Shown in pieces: positions 1 to 12,806 of a stretch of DNA of 64,000 nucleotides (positions within the stretch are counted from its first letter, which is position 1; each line of letters begins with the position of its first letter). Made by a program: the position numbers and the translations under genes. The notes below the pieces were generated by a model, which searched no databases, was not told the origin of the DNA, and saw only the letters and a list, made by a program, of their open reading frames with translations. Origin of the DNA: Octopus sinensis (Eukaryota); the NCBI RefSeq assembly GCF_006345805.1, contig NC_043006.1, forward strand, positions 102,238,001-102,302,000, in the 5' to 3' direction.

Positions 1-618
1 CTAACTGTACCATAGGCAGTGTCAACAACAGTAGCAACAACAACAGTAGTAGTAGTAGTAGTAGTAGTAGAAGAAGAAAATTATCTTTTCTATTTTTATT
101 TGCTTCTTTGCTAGCATTTCTTTCTTAGTTTTTTTTTTTCCCCCTAGTTTTCTTATTTTCCATTATTATGGGAATGTTATCTAAAATTTAATTCATGTAT
201 AATTATAAGATAAGGATTGCCATCTTTCTGAATCTGTTAAGAATGCTTCAGTACTCATTAGTTCAAGATTAGATCAAATAATTTTTTTTTTTCCCATTTT
301 CATAACTTGTGTACAACTGAATATCTTGGATAATTGCGGGGAAAAAAATAATTACAACTTATATTTTATATTTTTTTTCAATAATTCAGTTTGTGCATTG
401 AGTTGAAAAATTGGATTTTTGAGGTGGAAAGCATTAAATATAATTATTAATAGCTGTATACTAAAGCAGTGTTCATCACTAGCATATTTGAGTGTTGTTT
501 AATATGATTTAAATCATCTTCATGTATGTATATATACACTTGCAACATACACACATAAATATATATAAGCACTTGTCTCTCTTGTTCTCTCTCCCTCACC
601 ATATATATATATATCAAT

Positions 619-1007
619 AGGTGCAGGAGTGGCTGTGTGGTAAGTAGCTTGCTTACCAACCACATGGTTCCGGGTTCAGTCCCACTGCGTGGCATCTTGG
701 GCAAGTGTCTTCTACTATAGCCTTGTGAGTGGATTTGGTAGACAGAAACTGAAAGAAGCCTGTCGTATATATGTATATATATGTGTGCATGTGTGTTTGT
801 GTGTCTGTGTTTGTGTCCCCCACCATCGCTTGACAACCGATGCTGGTGTGTTTACGTCCCCGTCACTTAGCAGTTCGGCAAAAAGAGACCGATAGAATAA
901 GTACTGGGCTTACAAAGAATAAGTCCCGGGGTCGAGTTGCTCAACTAAAGGCGGTGCTCCAGCATGGCCGCAGTCAAATGACTGAAACAAGTAAAAGAGA
1001 GTAAAGA

Positions 1008-1008
<1 letters not shown>
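619..1008 (+). mobile_element. tRNA-derived SINE family A (small internal deletion)
   Basis: A box TGGCTGTGTGG, B box GGTTCAGTCCC, then CTTGGGCAAGTGTCTTCT, internal (TA)/(TG) tract and tail ..GACTGAAACAAGTAAAAGAG. Many copies in the window. Confidence 0.9.
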
Positions 1009-1047
<39 letters not shown>

Positions 1048-2072
1048 ATGTATATGTATATCACTCATGCTAGCATGGAAGGTAGATGTTAAACAATGAT
1101 GGTGATATACATATATACATACATCACCAGTAACATTCATGCTTCTACAATTATATTTTTGTGTGTGTCTGTGTGAGTGTGTCTGTATGTGTGCATGCGT
1201 TTTCTTCTTTTAACCCCAGGTCAGTCCTGATCAAGCAGATCAATATTCAGAGGCAATATACAGCCACAGCTATTACCATATCTTTTCCTTACATGTAGGG
1301 AAGTCAGAACCACATAATCCAAGTCCTTTTCTAAGATGGCACTGTGTGATGTGAGGGAGATTTGGATGTATTTCTAACAGGTTTAGCAACCACATAGAGG
1401 CTATGTCAATTTTAAGTTTGTTATTTGTGCCCCTTTCAGTTTACTAGGTTCCAGCAACATGAGCTTGCCTTTAAAATGCTTTTATTTCAATAATACTTAA
1501 TGTCTGCTTTGAGTTACTGCTTCTTCATACAACCTGCAGCATTAATTAATTTTACTATTAGTATTCTATACAAGGTAACTCAAGCATTAGAACATTTCAA
1601 ATAGCTTTGTGGCATTTGTTCTGGTCCTTTATAGGCTGAGTTTCAATCCCATTAGGGTCAGCTTTACCTTTCATCCAATCAGAGTCAATAAAATAAAGTA
1701 CCAATGAAGTACTAGATTTGATTCAATCCATTAAACCCCTTCCTCTAAATTCCAGGCCTTTTAACTGTTAGATGCAATTAGAAATAGTCTCTATATGTCT
1801 TAGCTGGATATAACACAAAGATGCATGTCAGTATTTGGGAATTTCTAACCTATTTCTAACTATATCTAGTTTTAAAAAGCATAATTTTACTCTATAAAAA
1901 ATGCTTAGGATTCAATACAATGATTAGACAAAGTAGATAAATGGTTATGCTAGAACCAATCAATGAATAATTACAGCAGTGCACCCTAAAATGTAAATGC
2001 CAAACTTTTTTTGTAGATTTAAATTTTAGGCTCAAACCACAGCAGTGATATGTATGTATGTATACATACATA

Positions 2073-2320
2073 CTTTATTATTAAAGCTTCAAAACATCAT
2101 AAAATATCACAAAAAACTGCTACTCAGAGTTTCATACTCCCATTTGTCAGACAGTTGTGATCAAGAACTATTTTGATCACAACTGCCCAATGAACAGGAA
2201 CATAAAACTCTGAGTAGCAGTTTTTCTTGATATTTTTGAGATGTTTTTATAGCTTTAATAAAGAAGCATATTACTCTACCTCTGGTATTCGAGTACTATT
2301 TTTTCCCACCTTGTTTCAGA
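2073..2320. mobile_element. Palindromic (TA)n-flanked MITE-like repeat, copy 1
   Basis: Imperfect inverted arms CTTTATTATTAAAGCT..AAACTGCTACTCAGAGTTT / AAACTCTGAGTAGCAGTTT..AGCTTTAATAAAG (2073-2263) plus a tail shared with 4949-5116. Confidence 0.65.
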
Positions 2321-2973
2321 TTTATGTGCTTTCTCTGGTGTATATATATATATATACATAATTTATTTATCACTTTTATTTACCTTCCTTTCTTTGCTAA
2401 ACCTATATATACACACACACACAAAAAAAAGAACTCAATACAATCAACATCATGACTTCCATTTTCCTTTCATTGCAAAGGTTGGACAAATCTGTAGTAA
2501 ACCATATCATCATTCATTTATGTTTTTCAGCATCTCATCTTTTAGAACCAATATCTTGAATTCTGAATACAACCATCACTATTCTATATTTTCATATCTT
2601 ATTCTGTCATTGTTTGCTCACAGCACTTTTATATTCAATAATTCATGTTGCATATCCTCCATATGACCACGTTCTCAATTGATGCTTCTAGTTATCCCAG
2701 CTATTTGTGCCCTGCCTTTTTATTCACCTTAGTATTACTATCTGTCATTCTTGTACCATCAGATTGATGAATGACAAGTTCTATATGCCTGTAAAGGATG
2801 ATTTCCTGTTGCCTTCTATTAAGTAATTGTTACAAGACATTAACTTGTTGGTTTCATAAAGATATGTTGCCACACTTGTTGGCCTAAAGATATGTTGCCA
2901 CACCTACCTGAGAACTTAGAATGTAAACAGCTGGATTGCAAACTACTAAATGCTTTGTCCAGTACCTGAAGCC

Positions 2974-3195
2974 ATTAACACTCAGATTTCTTTGTCAAAT
3001 ATACCGTTTACTTATTTACATTGCTTTGAATTAATCACACATTATCTTGTAGTTTCACGATTACAATGGTGTGTTTGTATATTTTTAGAATGATATTGTA
3101 GGGTAGGTATGTGAGGTCAGACATGGTCAGTTTTAACATAAAGTAGGTAGACTATTTGGGCCAAATATAACTGGATTAAATGCTAAAGGGTTAAT
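2974..3195. mobile_element. piggyBac-type (TTAA) MITE
   Basis: Ends AATGCTAAAGGG-TTAA; related copies in opposite orientation near 12875-13050 and 33505-33720. Confidence 0.55.
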
Positions 3196-3925
3196 AATTC
3201 CACAGATCTATTATTCTGGATTAGTTTTTTTTATGCTATTAACTCTGGAAGGATGGATAAAGTTGTCTTTGGTAGGATTTGAGATCAGAATATAAAGTTA
3301 CCATCTAACTAATCATTTATAATATTGTCTCTTAAAACACTACTGTTCTTCCATGTTCATTGACCATGGCTTCTCATAGTTGCCTTGTGCATGGTAAGAG
3401 AAATCTTTTGTCATTAATAGAGATAATTTGCTCATTAAACTTCTTCCAACCCACTTCTAAAGTGTTTCTTTAGCTTATTCCAGTACCTCTTATCTATCTA
3501 AGAATCAAAACTTCTGTCAGTTTATCAGAGAATCCACTGTATTTGTTTATATATCTGCTGGACGAAGAAAGAACTCAGCATAAAAGTCTTGCCAACTCAA
3601 ATTCTACATATTAAGGTTGTTACCAGATAGCAATTCACAATCAGTAAAGGGATGTATTCATCTTTAGTCAGGACTAACACAACTGCAGTTATGTCCCAAA
3701 CTATAGCATATCAGTTTCCGGATGTGTTGTTTCATTACATGTAACTTTTAATCTCTGTGGAACAAGACTAAATATATCTCCATCATGTCCTATAGAGATT
3801 AAATATATCTTTCTATGTGTAATTTATTTGTCAGCTCACTGAAAAGGCTTCTCATTGTTATAAATTTGAAGTAAATTTGCAAACATATTGAAATTTCATT
3901 CACCATCTACGTTATTAATAAATAA

Positions 3926-3961
<36 letters not shown>

Positions 3962-4917
3962 TATATATATATATACATACATGTATAAATGCACATGAGC
4001 ACACAGGTGTGATATACTGTCCTAGCTATTCGAGTGTGGAGAAGCACATATTAAAACTTTGCTGATAAAATACACTTGTATGCATAAATATCAATGTCTG
4101 CTTATACACATATGCCTCCATTCATACATGTATGTCTACATGTGTGTATGTATGTATGTCTATATGTGTGTGTATGTATGTATTGTGTGGATGTATGTGT
4201 GTTTAGGTGTGCATGTGTGTGTGTTAGTGTGAAAAAGAAAAGAAGATAAAATAAGTTTCTAAAGACTTTCATGTTTTCTTGTTGAACTAAGTTATTTGTG
4301 TTAAACTAGTAAAAACAAAATATCTTTGAAGTCTATAAATTTTGATAGACGTGTTGACTATCTTAGTTCTACACCAGTGACACATTACTCTGATAGACAC
4401 ATTACAACTTCGAACATTGAACTTACCTTATCAGATGTGTTAAATGTAATGCCAAATGTTTCCTTATCTTACACCATCTGACCACTGACAACACTTTGGT
4501 GAATTTGACTCACAAAATAACGTCGGTTGTGATGGAAATAAAAAAATGAAGAAAAAAAAGAAATAACTGTGCTCAAAAAAATTGATAGCAAAAGTACAGA
4601 TGATAAGCTGCAATGTTAATAGCAGTAGCTGTAACAACAACAACAACAACTGCTCTAAGTCAGCCAGTTAGTAAAAGAACCTTCTGCATAAATTGCTTTA
4701 TATTCTCAGTGTCACAGCTAGAATTCCCTCGGCAATCTCCCTAGCAACCCACAGTATGAGACAATCGCACATGGATGCTATTAAAATGCTAACTCAATAT
4801 AGAACACATTTTGTGTGTGTATGCATACATGTGTATATATATATATACATACATGTGTGCATGTATATATATATATGTATATATGTATATGTATATGTGT
4901 ATATATATATACATGTG

Positions 4918-4948
<31 letters not shown>

Positions 4949-4949
<1 letters not shown>

Positions 4950-5116
4950 CTTTGTTTAAAAGCAGCAGAAATATAACAAAAGCTGTTACCCAGAGTTTCA
5001 CGTTCCTGTTCGTCGGACAGTTTTGTTAACAAAACTGTTAAATTTCTGCTGCTTTTAAATAAAGCATATTACTCTACCTCTGACATTTGAGTACTCTTTT
5101 TTCCACCTTGTTTACG
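4949..5116. mobile_element. Palindromic MITE-like repeat, copy 2 (shorter)
   Basis: Shares AAGCATATTACTCTACCTCTG..GAGTACT..TTCCACCTTGTTT with copy 1; central perfect palindrome CAGTTTTGTTAACAAAACTG; between (TA)n tracts. Confidence 0.65.
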
Positions 5117-5119
5117 CCA

Positions 5120-5160
<41 letters not shown>

Positions 5161-5171
5161 TACATGTGTGC

Positions 5172-5218
<47 letters not shown>

Positions 5219-5226
5219 AATATATA

Positions 5227-5786
5227 CAGGGTGTTCCAGAATTAACAATTTATTTCAATGAAATCACGCAAATTTAAAAAAAAAAACTGACAGAATTTTA
5301 TTTTTGTTACTTAATTATGATACCAAAACAAATAGATTTATAAATCTTATGTCAAAAATTTATTAAAAATTTCAGAATTTCAAATCTCTCCTTAGTGCTG
5401 CAGAACACATTCTGAAGCATTTCAGGAGTCATCTCCTGCACTGCTAACTGAGTGTGTTAGGTTCAGCTAAACTATTGCTCCATCCGCAGGAGGAAGATAG
5501 AGAAGATGATGGCTGCCAAATTGAAAAAAAAGCTATTGGGGACAGATAAGCAAGGTCGAATAGGAATGAAAATAAGGGGAAAAAAACAATAATTAAAAAT
5601 TATAAAATTATAAACAAAATAGGCACAGGAGTGGCTGTGTGGTAAGTAGCTTGATTACCAACCACTTGGTTCCGGGTTCAGTCCCACTGCGTGGCACCTT
5701 GGGCAAGTGTCTTCTGCTATAGCCTCAGGCCGACCAAAGCCTTGTGAGTGGATTTGGTAGACGGGAACTGAAAGAAGCCCGTCGTG

Positions 5787-5830
<44 letters not shown>

Positions 5831-6169
5831 CGTGTATGTTTGTGTGTCTGTGTTTGTCCCCCTAGCATTGCTTGACAACCAATGCTGGTGTGTTTATGTC
5901 CCCGTCACTTAGCTGTTCGGCAAAAGAGACCAATAGAATAAGTACTGGACTTACAAAGAATAAGTCCCGGGGTCGAGTTGCTCGATTAAAGGCAGTGCTC
6001 CAGCATGGCCACAGTCAAATGACTGAAACAAGTAAAAGAGAGAGTAAAGAGTAAAATTTAAAATTTATACACTTTTAACATAATAAAGATGGTAAACATA
6101 AATAAAAGTGAGATTTTACAAAAATTGTCTGATTTCATTGAAATAGATAGTTATCACTAGGACACCCTG
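5227..6169. mobile_element. Tc1/mariner-type non-autonomous element containing a SINE
   Basis: TA-CAGGGTGTTCC..TATTTCAATGAAATCA at the left end and its degenerate inverse TGATTTCATTGAAATAG..GGACACCCTG-TA at the right end; TA on both flanks. Confidence 0.7.
5622..6053 (+). mobile_element. SINE family A, full length
   Basis: Same head, body and GAGTAAA tail as 619-1008. Confidence 0.92.
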
Positions 6170-6394
6170 TATTTATATAATTGCCATTTAATGTCCATTT
6201 TCTATGCTGACATGGATTGGTTGGTCTGACAGCTGGAGAGCCAGAGTACTTGCTGTAAAGTGAGTGGTGTTAGGAAGGCCATCAAGTCATAGAAACCCTG
6301 CCAAAATAATGGAAATTAGTATTGGCTTGGCTTGCCAGCTCCTTTTGGACCATCCCCTCCATGCCAGCATAGAAAATGGACATTAAATGGGGAT

Positions 6395-7375
6395 TAGGAA
6401 AAGCTAGAAGTAGTTGATAGCTTCCATTACCTAGGTGACCAAGTCAGTAGTGGGGATGGATGCTCTGAGAGTGTAACTGATAGAATAAGAATAGCCTAGG
6501 CAAAGTTCAGGGAGCTCCTACCTCTGCTTGTAACAAAGGGCCTCTCACTCAGAGTGAAAGATAGACTGTATGATGCATGTGTGTGAACAACCATGCTACA
6601 CAGCAGTAAAACATGGGCTGTGACTGCTGAGAACATGCACAGGCTCAAAAGAAATGAAGCTAGTATGCTTTGCTGGATGTGTAATGTCAATGTACATAAA
6701 CAACAGAGCGGAAGTGCCCTGAGAGAAAAGTTGGACATAAGAAGCATCAGAAGTGGTGTGCATGAGAGACGACAGAATTAGAATGGTCATGTGGCAAGAA
6801 TGGATGAGAACAGCTGTGTGAAGAAGTGTCACACCCTAGACCCAGGAAGACATGGGATGAAGTGGTGAAGCATGACCTTTAAATATTGCGCCTCACGGAG
6901 ACAATGACAAGCGACTGAGACCTTTGGAGATATGCTGTGATTGAGAAGACCTGGCAAGTCATGTGAGATTTAGCTGTGACTGATGCCAGTGTTGTATAAC
7001 CAGCCCATTTAAAAGTATCCTTCAATTGGCAGGCAATATGCTGTGCTTGAGAAGACCTGTTGAGCCAAGCAAAATCGTAGTCATGGCCAATGCCAGTGTC
7101 ACCTGACTAGCACCTGTGCCGGTGGCACATAGAATGCACCATTTGAGCATGGTTGATGCCAGTGCTGCCTGATTGGTCCCCATGCTGGTGGCACATAAAA
7201 ACCACCCACTACACTTTCGGAGTGGTTGGTGTTAGGAAGGGCATCAAACTGTAGAAACCTTGCCAGATCAGATTGGAGCCTGGTGCAGCCTCTTGGTTTG
7301 CCAGTCTCCAGTCAAACCATCCAACCCATGCCAGAATGGAAAGCAGACATTAAACAATGATGATGATGATGATGA
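6395..7375 (+). mobile_element. RTE-clade LINE, 5'-truncated, decayed ORF2 C-terminus and 3' UTR
   Basis: Reads EKLEVVDSFHYLGDQ..AKFRELLPLLVTKGLSLRVK.RLYDAC..RLKRNEASMLCWMC; ends CCAACCCATGCCAG..TTAAACAA(TGA)n. Confidence 0.88.
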
Positions 7376-9917
7376 TATATATATATATATATAAAATAAT
7401 GAAGGTGGCTAGATGCAATATAAAACCAAAAAGGAAAAATTCAATTGTCGCTAATAGTGACTGAGGGTGCATTGCTACAAACAAGAGTGAAAACCCCTTA
7501 TGGTCACAGAGAGCACATTCTATGTACTGACGGGGGAGGCAACCACCCCACAGCAAGCAAGATCACTATACTAGCAAGCTAGTTTCGCTTGTAATTAAAG
7601 TAGTGGCTACTCCATCACTGACAGTTAAGCTAATATAGTATTTACCGTATAAATTAATGGCTGATTCAGCAAAATGGTAATGTGAAAATTATGAAATAAT
7701 AAAAGCAGCTATAAGCAATATAAAAGCAAAAGGGAAATATTCAATTGTCACTAATAGTAAAGGATTGGGCATACTGGTTAGCAGTTGCAGGGAGAAGGGT
7801 GCACAGCATGAATAACAAGAAGAAGCAAGATGAGATAAACAGCAGAGGACACTGTTGGAGAGTCAGAAGATATAGCACTGCACAACACCATAATAAAACA
7901 AACTTTCACGTGATGGGCATGGCTGATTAAATCAACTCACATTATATGTTTGATAACTTACTTTACCAACCTCTGGGAATTAAAGGCAAAGTTGACTCCC
8001 ATCACAATTTAAACTCAGAATATAAAAATATTTTATGCTACTCTGTTACCATTCTCAAGAATATTAGTTATGTAAATAAAACGATTTCAGTTAGGAATCA
8101 CAGACAAATTATTATTTTAGATAGCCAAGATATTACTTTTATTCTAAATCACTTAACTAAAGTAATATCGCTGCTACTGATGACGATGACGGTGGTGGTG
8201 TCCTTATATAAAGATTTATTTTAGACTGACCGAAAGTGAAATTTTATGTATGAATTTAAGTAGGTAAAATTATTGAATTGTACCAAATATATATTCCTAG
8301 TACTTCTGTCAATCATAAAAGAGTGAATAGCAAGGTCCACTTCAGGCGTAAGTGTATGCAGAAGAATGATTTATCTAAATTTTGCTATTCTGTGTTTCTC
8401 TTATCAACTGTGCTACTCCATCTTTAATAATAATAATGATAATTGTGTCTGGTTTAGGCACAAGGCTAGCAGTTTCAAGGGCAGGGCTTAATTGATAAAA
8501 TAAAGCTCCAATATTCAACTGGTACTTTATTTTATCAACCCTGTAGTTGATAAAATATTGACCTCAACAGGATTTGAACTCAGAATGTAAAGAGCTGGAA
8601 CAATTTCTGTAAAATATTTTGCTTGTGCTCTTACAATTCTTCCAATCTGACAATAAATAACAAGACAGAAATGATAAAACCTCAGACTATATTCTCTTCT
8701 GTTGCTTTAGGTTTTATGTTCACATCTTATCTATGCAGGGACTGAGCCCATCTTCCTCCTAACTTTATTCAGTACTATGCTAACTAAGTATCTATATCTA
8801 GCAGGGAATTGTTCCCATGCTACAGTATTTACTTGATCCTTTTTTGACCAGATTCCTAAAGAAATAACCTATCTGTGTGTTCGAATGAATTTTTAAAATA
8901 ATCAAGAATTTAGAGGAATTTTATAAAATAACTAACTTTGTTGTTATTAATGTAGTGTTTGGAACATAACTTCAAAGGTTCTTAGAGAAAATTATGATGA
9001 CTGGGTTTAATTTACATATGAATATTTTTAAATAGATGTTTATGTTCAATAGGAACAGATGGTCTTGGGCTGATTTGTATCCAAGAAGAAGTAAAGATAG
9101 GTGGACTGAACTATTGAGAGTTGAGCATCATAAATATGAATACTTTTGGTGCCAGAGACAATACAGATTTCTTATTGGCTAGTGGTTTAGTTTCCTACCA
9201 ACTCACTCATCTTTCCTCTGATAGCTTTAACCAAATATTAAAAAGATTGATTCAGTACTAGTTTCTAAATTTATAGTACTTCTGCTCATGTTTAACAATG
9301 TGGAAAAAGAAATGTATAGTAATGTGTTTTAAAGAATTTTGACAGAAATTTCATTAAAAATGAAGAACATGCCGGATTATTTCAATTTTTAATCATATAT
9401 CTTTCATTTCATTCCAATCTTAGTTAAAATAATCCTTTTCAAAATCAATATTTAATAGAATCTTTCAAAAAGTTTCATATTTATAAAAATATCTTTCCAT
9501 AAACATCACCGAATGCTTCCATTACGAACACATCATCACCATATTACAGGTGTCAAAAAATGTTATGCTATGTACACAAACATTTTTTCTTTGTTTTGAC
9601 AGCTCTTTGACTCTTCCGTTCTTGTTTATTTATTCTTGGAATAGAAGAAACAGCAGTATGAGGAATCAATTTCCTTACAGCATTTAGTTCTGTCCCTTTA
9701 CATGTGGATTTCAAATCATATAGAGTCCACTTCAGATATGCAGTTTTGCGTATTTATAATGTCGTGTATTGAACTCGTAATCAATGTATAACAAACACTG
9801 TACATTTGTTTAAATAATCAAAAACTGCCAGTCACATAGCATGCACAAGTTTTATATGAACTTGTCCGATTTTTCTATATATTGCAATTACAATAAACTG
9901 GGACCCACAGTTGATTC

Positions 9918-11574
9918 CATCCCAGTTTGTTCTACGTTATTTTTCCAGTGTTTTTCATCATGTTTGGACGTTTAATTTTTTGTGTCAGTGTTTTTTGAAC
10001 ACTTTTGTTAATTGTCTTTTGCTGTCTTGTGGCAGTGTGTTTGTGCTTTCCCTCCTCTTATGAGGAGAGTTGGCCTAATGGAGAGGATGTTCTATTCAGA
10101 CATCAGCTCTACTGAGTTATCCTCTTCTGAAGATGAACTATTGCGAGCGATTGGGAAGATAGACAGAAATATTGAAAAGGAAAGAAAGTTTGCAGATGTG
10201 GCAAAAAACCAAGACAATGAAATCGATATGAAGAAAATTGAAAGTTTTAAAGGATTGCTAAGTAGGGACAGGTATAATGTGGACCTGCCCTGCCCCACTG
10301 CAGGAAACGCTGAGTGATATAAGGGAAGGAACCATTATGTTCAAGATGTATTCAGTTAAAGCAGGAAAAATAGACATCATGACAGCAAGCCAAATTGAGA
10401 AAGTGCTATGGCCAATTTGGCATGAAATTACTTACCTGGCAAGAGGAAAAAAATTTGGTACTGTGGAAGTGAGGATGAAAGATAAGGCAACAACAAAAAG
10501 GTACGCAGCAGGAACTATCGAGAACGATGAAATAGTCCTTCTACCCACTTATCTGGGACAACGTGCAACCAGAGTAAGGGTAGATGGTTTACTGCCTGAG
10601 TTAGACATGACCTGGATAGCAGCAGCAGTCCTCATGGATAATGAGGATGATATAACGGTATTCTAGACCACTAGAACACAATGCAAAATGTGGAAGGGAC
10701 AAGCACTGGAAATGACCATTCAAGGGTAAGCGGAAACATTGGAAAAGATAACGGAAACCATTACGATGAATGAGGATAAAGGTGGAGGGCAGAATCCCTC
10801 GATGATACAAATGTGGGCTAAAAGGCCACATTAGAGTGGACTGCCCCATACCAACCAAAAAGACAATGGAAGAACAAGAGAAGGAAATGGAAGAACTGGT
10901 GGAGGAAACAGGAAAAAAGGAAGTGACCTTGCTGCCAACGATGGAGAAAAGGGAGGAAACATGGAAGAAACAAAAGAAAACAAGAGAAGGCAAGCGATAC
11001 AGGCTTAAAACCCCAACCCACACCCTTTAAGCCCCACAGACACCAAACCTACCCATTCCCCTCTGACACAAAAACAAAAAAGAAAGACACACGCACACAA
11101 GGACCCTCAAACTCCTCTCCCCCCCCCCCCCCGGCTAAAGGAAAAAGTTTTATGGGTATAATATATGGCATAAATGGAAACTTAAACCAGGAGAGCTTCA
11201 TGGAAAGACATAAAAAACTTGAAGACTGAGGGGTCTGATAATGTGAAGGGTCAGCACTGTGGTCTTCTATTAACCAAAGAACAACAAGAAACATTAGATA
11301 GATCTGATTATGGAAATGAGTATTGGGAAGTAAACTTGGACAGAAATGAGGTGCCATTAATTACAGAGTACACAGATTTTTTAAAAGAATATGAAATAGA
11401 CATTCTTAAAGGAACTGGGTTTAAAAGAGGAGGGGTGTAAATGACGTTGGTGGGGCTAAGTAGCTTCATTCCCCTTTTTTTTTTCATTTTTTCATTCTTT
11501 CATACATTTGTCCTACTTTTTGTCTTGTGTATTGTCCCCTCTTTGTTTGCCCATTGTGGGTAATAAAAAAGGAA
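9918..11574 (+). mobile_element. TSD-bounded ORF1-only (HAL1-like) Tx1/L1-related non-LTR element with disrupted gag-like ORF
   Basis: 12-bp direct repeat CACAGTTGATTC at 9906-9917 and 11575-11586. Broken ORF about 10078-11440 with zinc-knuckle remnant *YKCGLKGHIRVDC (10803-10844, first Cys codon now TGA). Ends TTGTGGGTAATAAAAAAGGAA. No endonuclease or RT motifs seen. Confidence 0.8.
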
Positions 11575-12679
11575 CACAGTTGATTCTGTCTCTACAGGAT
11601 TACAGTTGTTTTTACCCCTTCTCATATGTTCAGCTGTTGGTTGTGCTTCCACTATGGTGAAATAGAAATTCATGGTTTACAGCTATTTGATCCTGGTTCT
11701 TACGCCTGTGCTTATGAAATAAGCAAATAACAAAACTTGACAATGGTGTCAGTGATAGGATGATCAACTAACAATAGAGGACAGAATTCTATATAAACTT
11801 GACGTATAAAAAAAAACAATATTAGTATTAGCGTTTTATTTGAAATTAAACAAATTTGGGTCTCGTTGCACCAAATTTGATGTGGAAGTAGCTAATTAAA
11901 CAATTATTACAGGATTAGCTAATCTAATTGCACAAGAACACTCCAAAGAAAAACAAAAACAATGAAGAGAGTATGCAAAACAGCCTATAAATTACATACC
12001 AGCTAATAGAACAAGAGAAGTTTAAGGAATGTACACGAAGCATTCCTTGATATCTACCTAGTTAATTGGTAATTAGTTTGTTCATTTTCATGCTATTTTA
12101 ACTGCTTATTCAATATAAGTGTTATTACTGACATAGTTTTATTAACACTCAAAATCTGTTGTAAATTTTTACAGAATTTGAACTCAAACAAGTTAGTTCC
12201 TAACAAAACCAGGTAGCTAACTAGATTATTCAAGTCTTAATGCTATTGCTGGATAACTGAATTTCCACCAGCCACTCTAACTTTAAATAAGTTCTATATT
12301 TAACCTGCCAAGAGATTGCAGCCAAAGCTTCCATGAAGAAAATCCATCCTTTCTGTCTTAAATGCAGTTTAATTTAATTGCTTTGTTGCACTTGTCTAAT
12401 TTATTTATGTTATATTTGAAGTCCCTATTAGATAACCTGCATTAACTTTAACTCACACAACCATTAGTAAACCAAAGTCAGATCCAAGTTCTACTCTGCT
12501 CTCTGTACTTGAATATGAAAAATATTATCTAACAATTGTAATTTTCTGGGTAATCTAATATTGTTATTTCATTGTAAGAAAGTCTTGCAAGTTCAGTCTT
12601 GCATAGAAGCACTGGATTAATTATCTACCTTAAGAAATGGTGATTCTAACGAGTAATGTAATTATTTATTTCTTTTCAG

Positions 12680-12806
12680 GGCTGAACCAAATCAAGTTTT
12701 TATCCAAGATGGCAACAACACGTACTTTCAGTCACACTTTAATTGGTCTAATGAACATGTGGAGTATGCACCTTTCAATGGATATGCACCTGCAGGAACA
12801 GTAAAG
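12680..12806 (+). CDS. Internal coding exon A of a peptidase M28B (GCPII/NAALADase/TfR-like) gene, phase 2 to phase 0
   Basis: Acceptor tttatttcttttcAG (AG 12678-79), donor GTGAGT at 12807. After 1 nt reads AEPNQVFIQDGNNTYFQSHFNWSNEHVEYAPFNGYAPAGTVK, aligning by eye to human PSMA PNYISI..PPFSAFSPQGMPE. Confidence 0.9.

Noticed and set aside
2844-2903. Short tandem duplication around TAAAGATATGTTGCCACAC (similar ones near 23255-23310 and 57260-57290)
   Set aside because: Ordinary local slippage duplications with no further structure.
4427-4510. Minus-strand exon ending at a perfect AAG|GTAAGT donor
   Set aside because: No convincing acceptor with a recognisable peptide; a chance donor is expected in 64 kb.
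1-12679. Upstream exons of the M28B gene (transmembrane anchor, HxAG, LSYP motifs)
   Set aside because: I looked for a phase-2 donor after an LSYP-like peptide and found none; they may lie outside the window or be too diverged to spot by eye.
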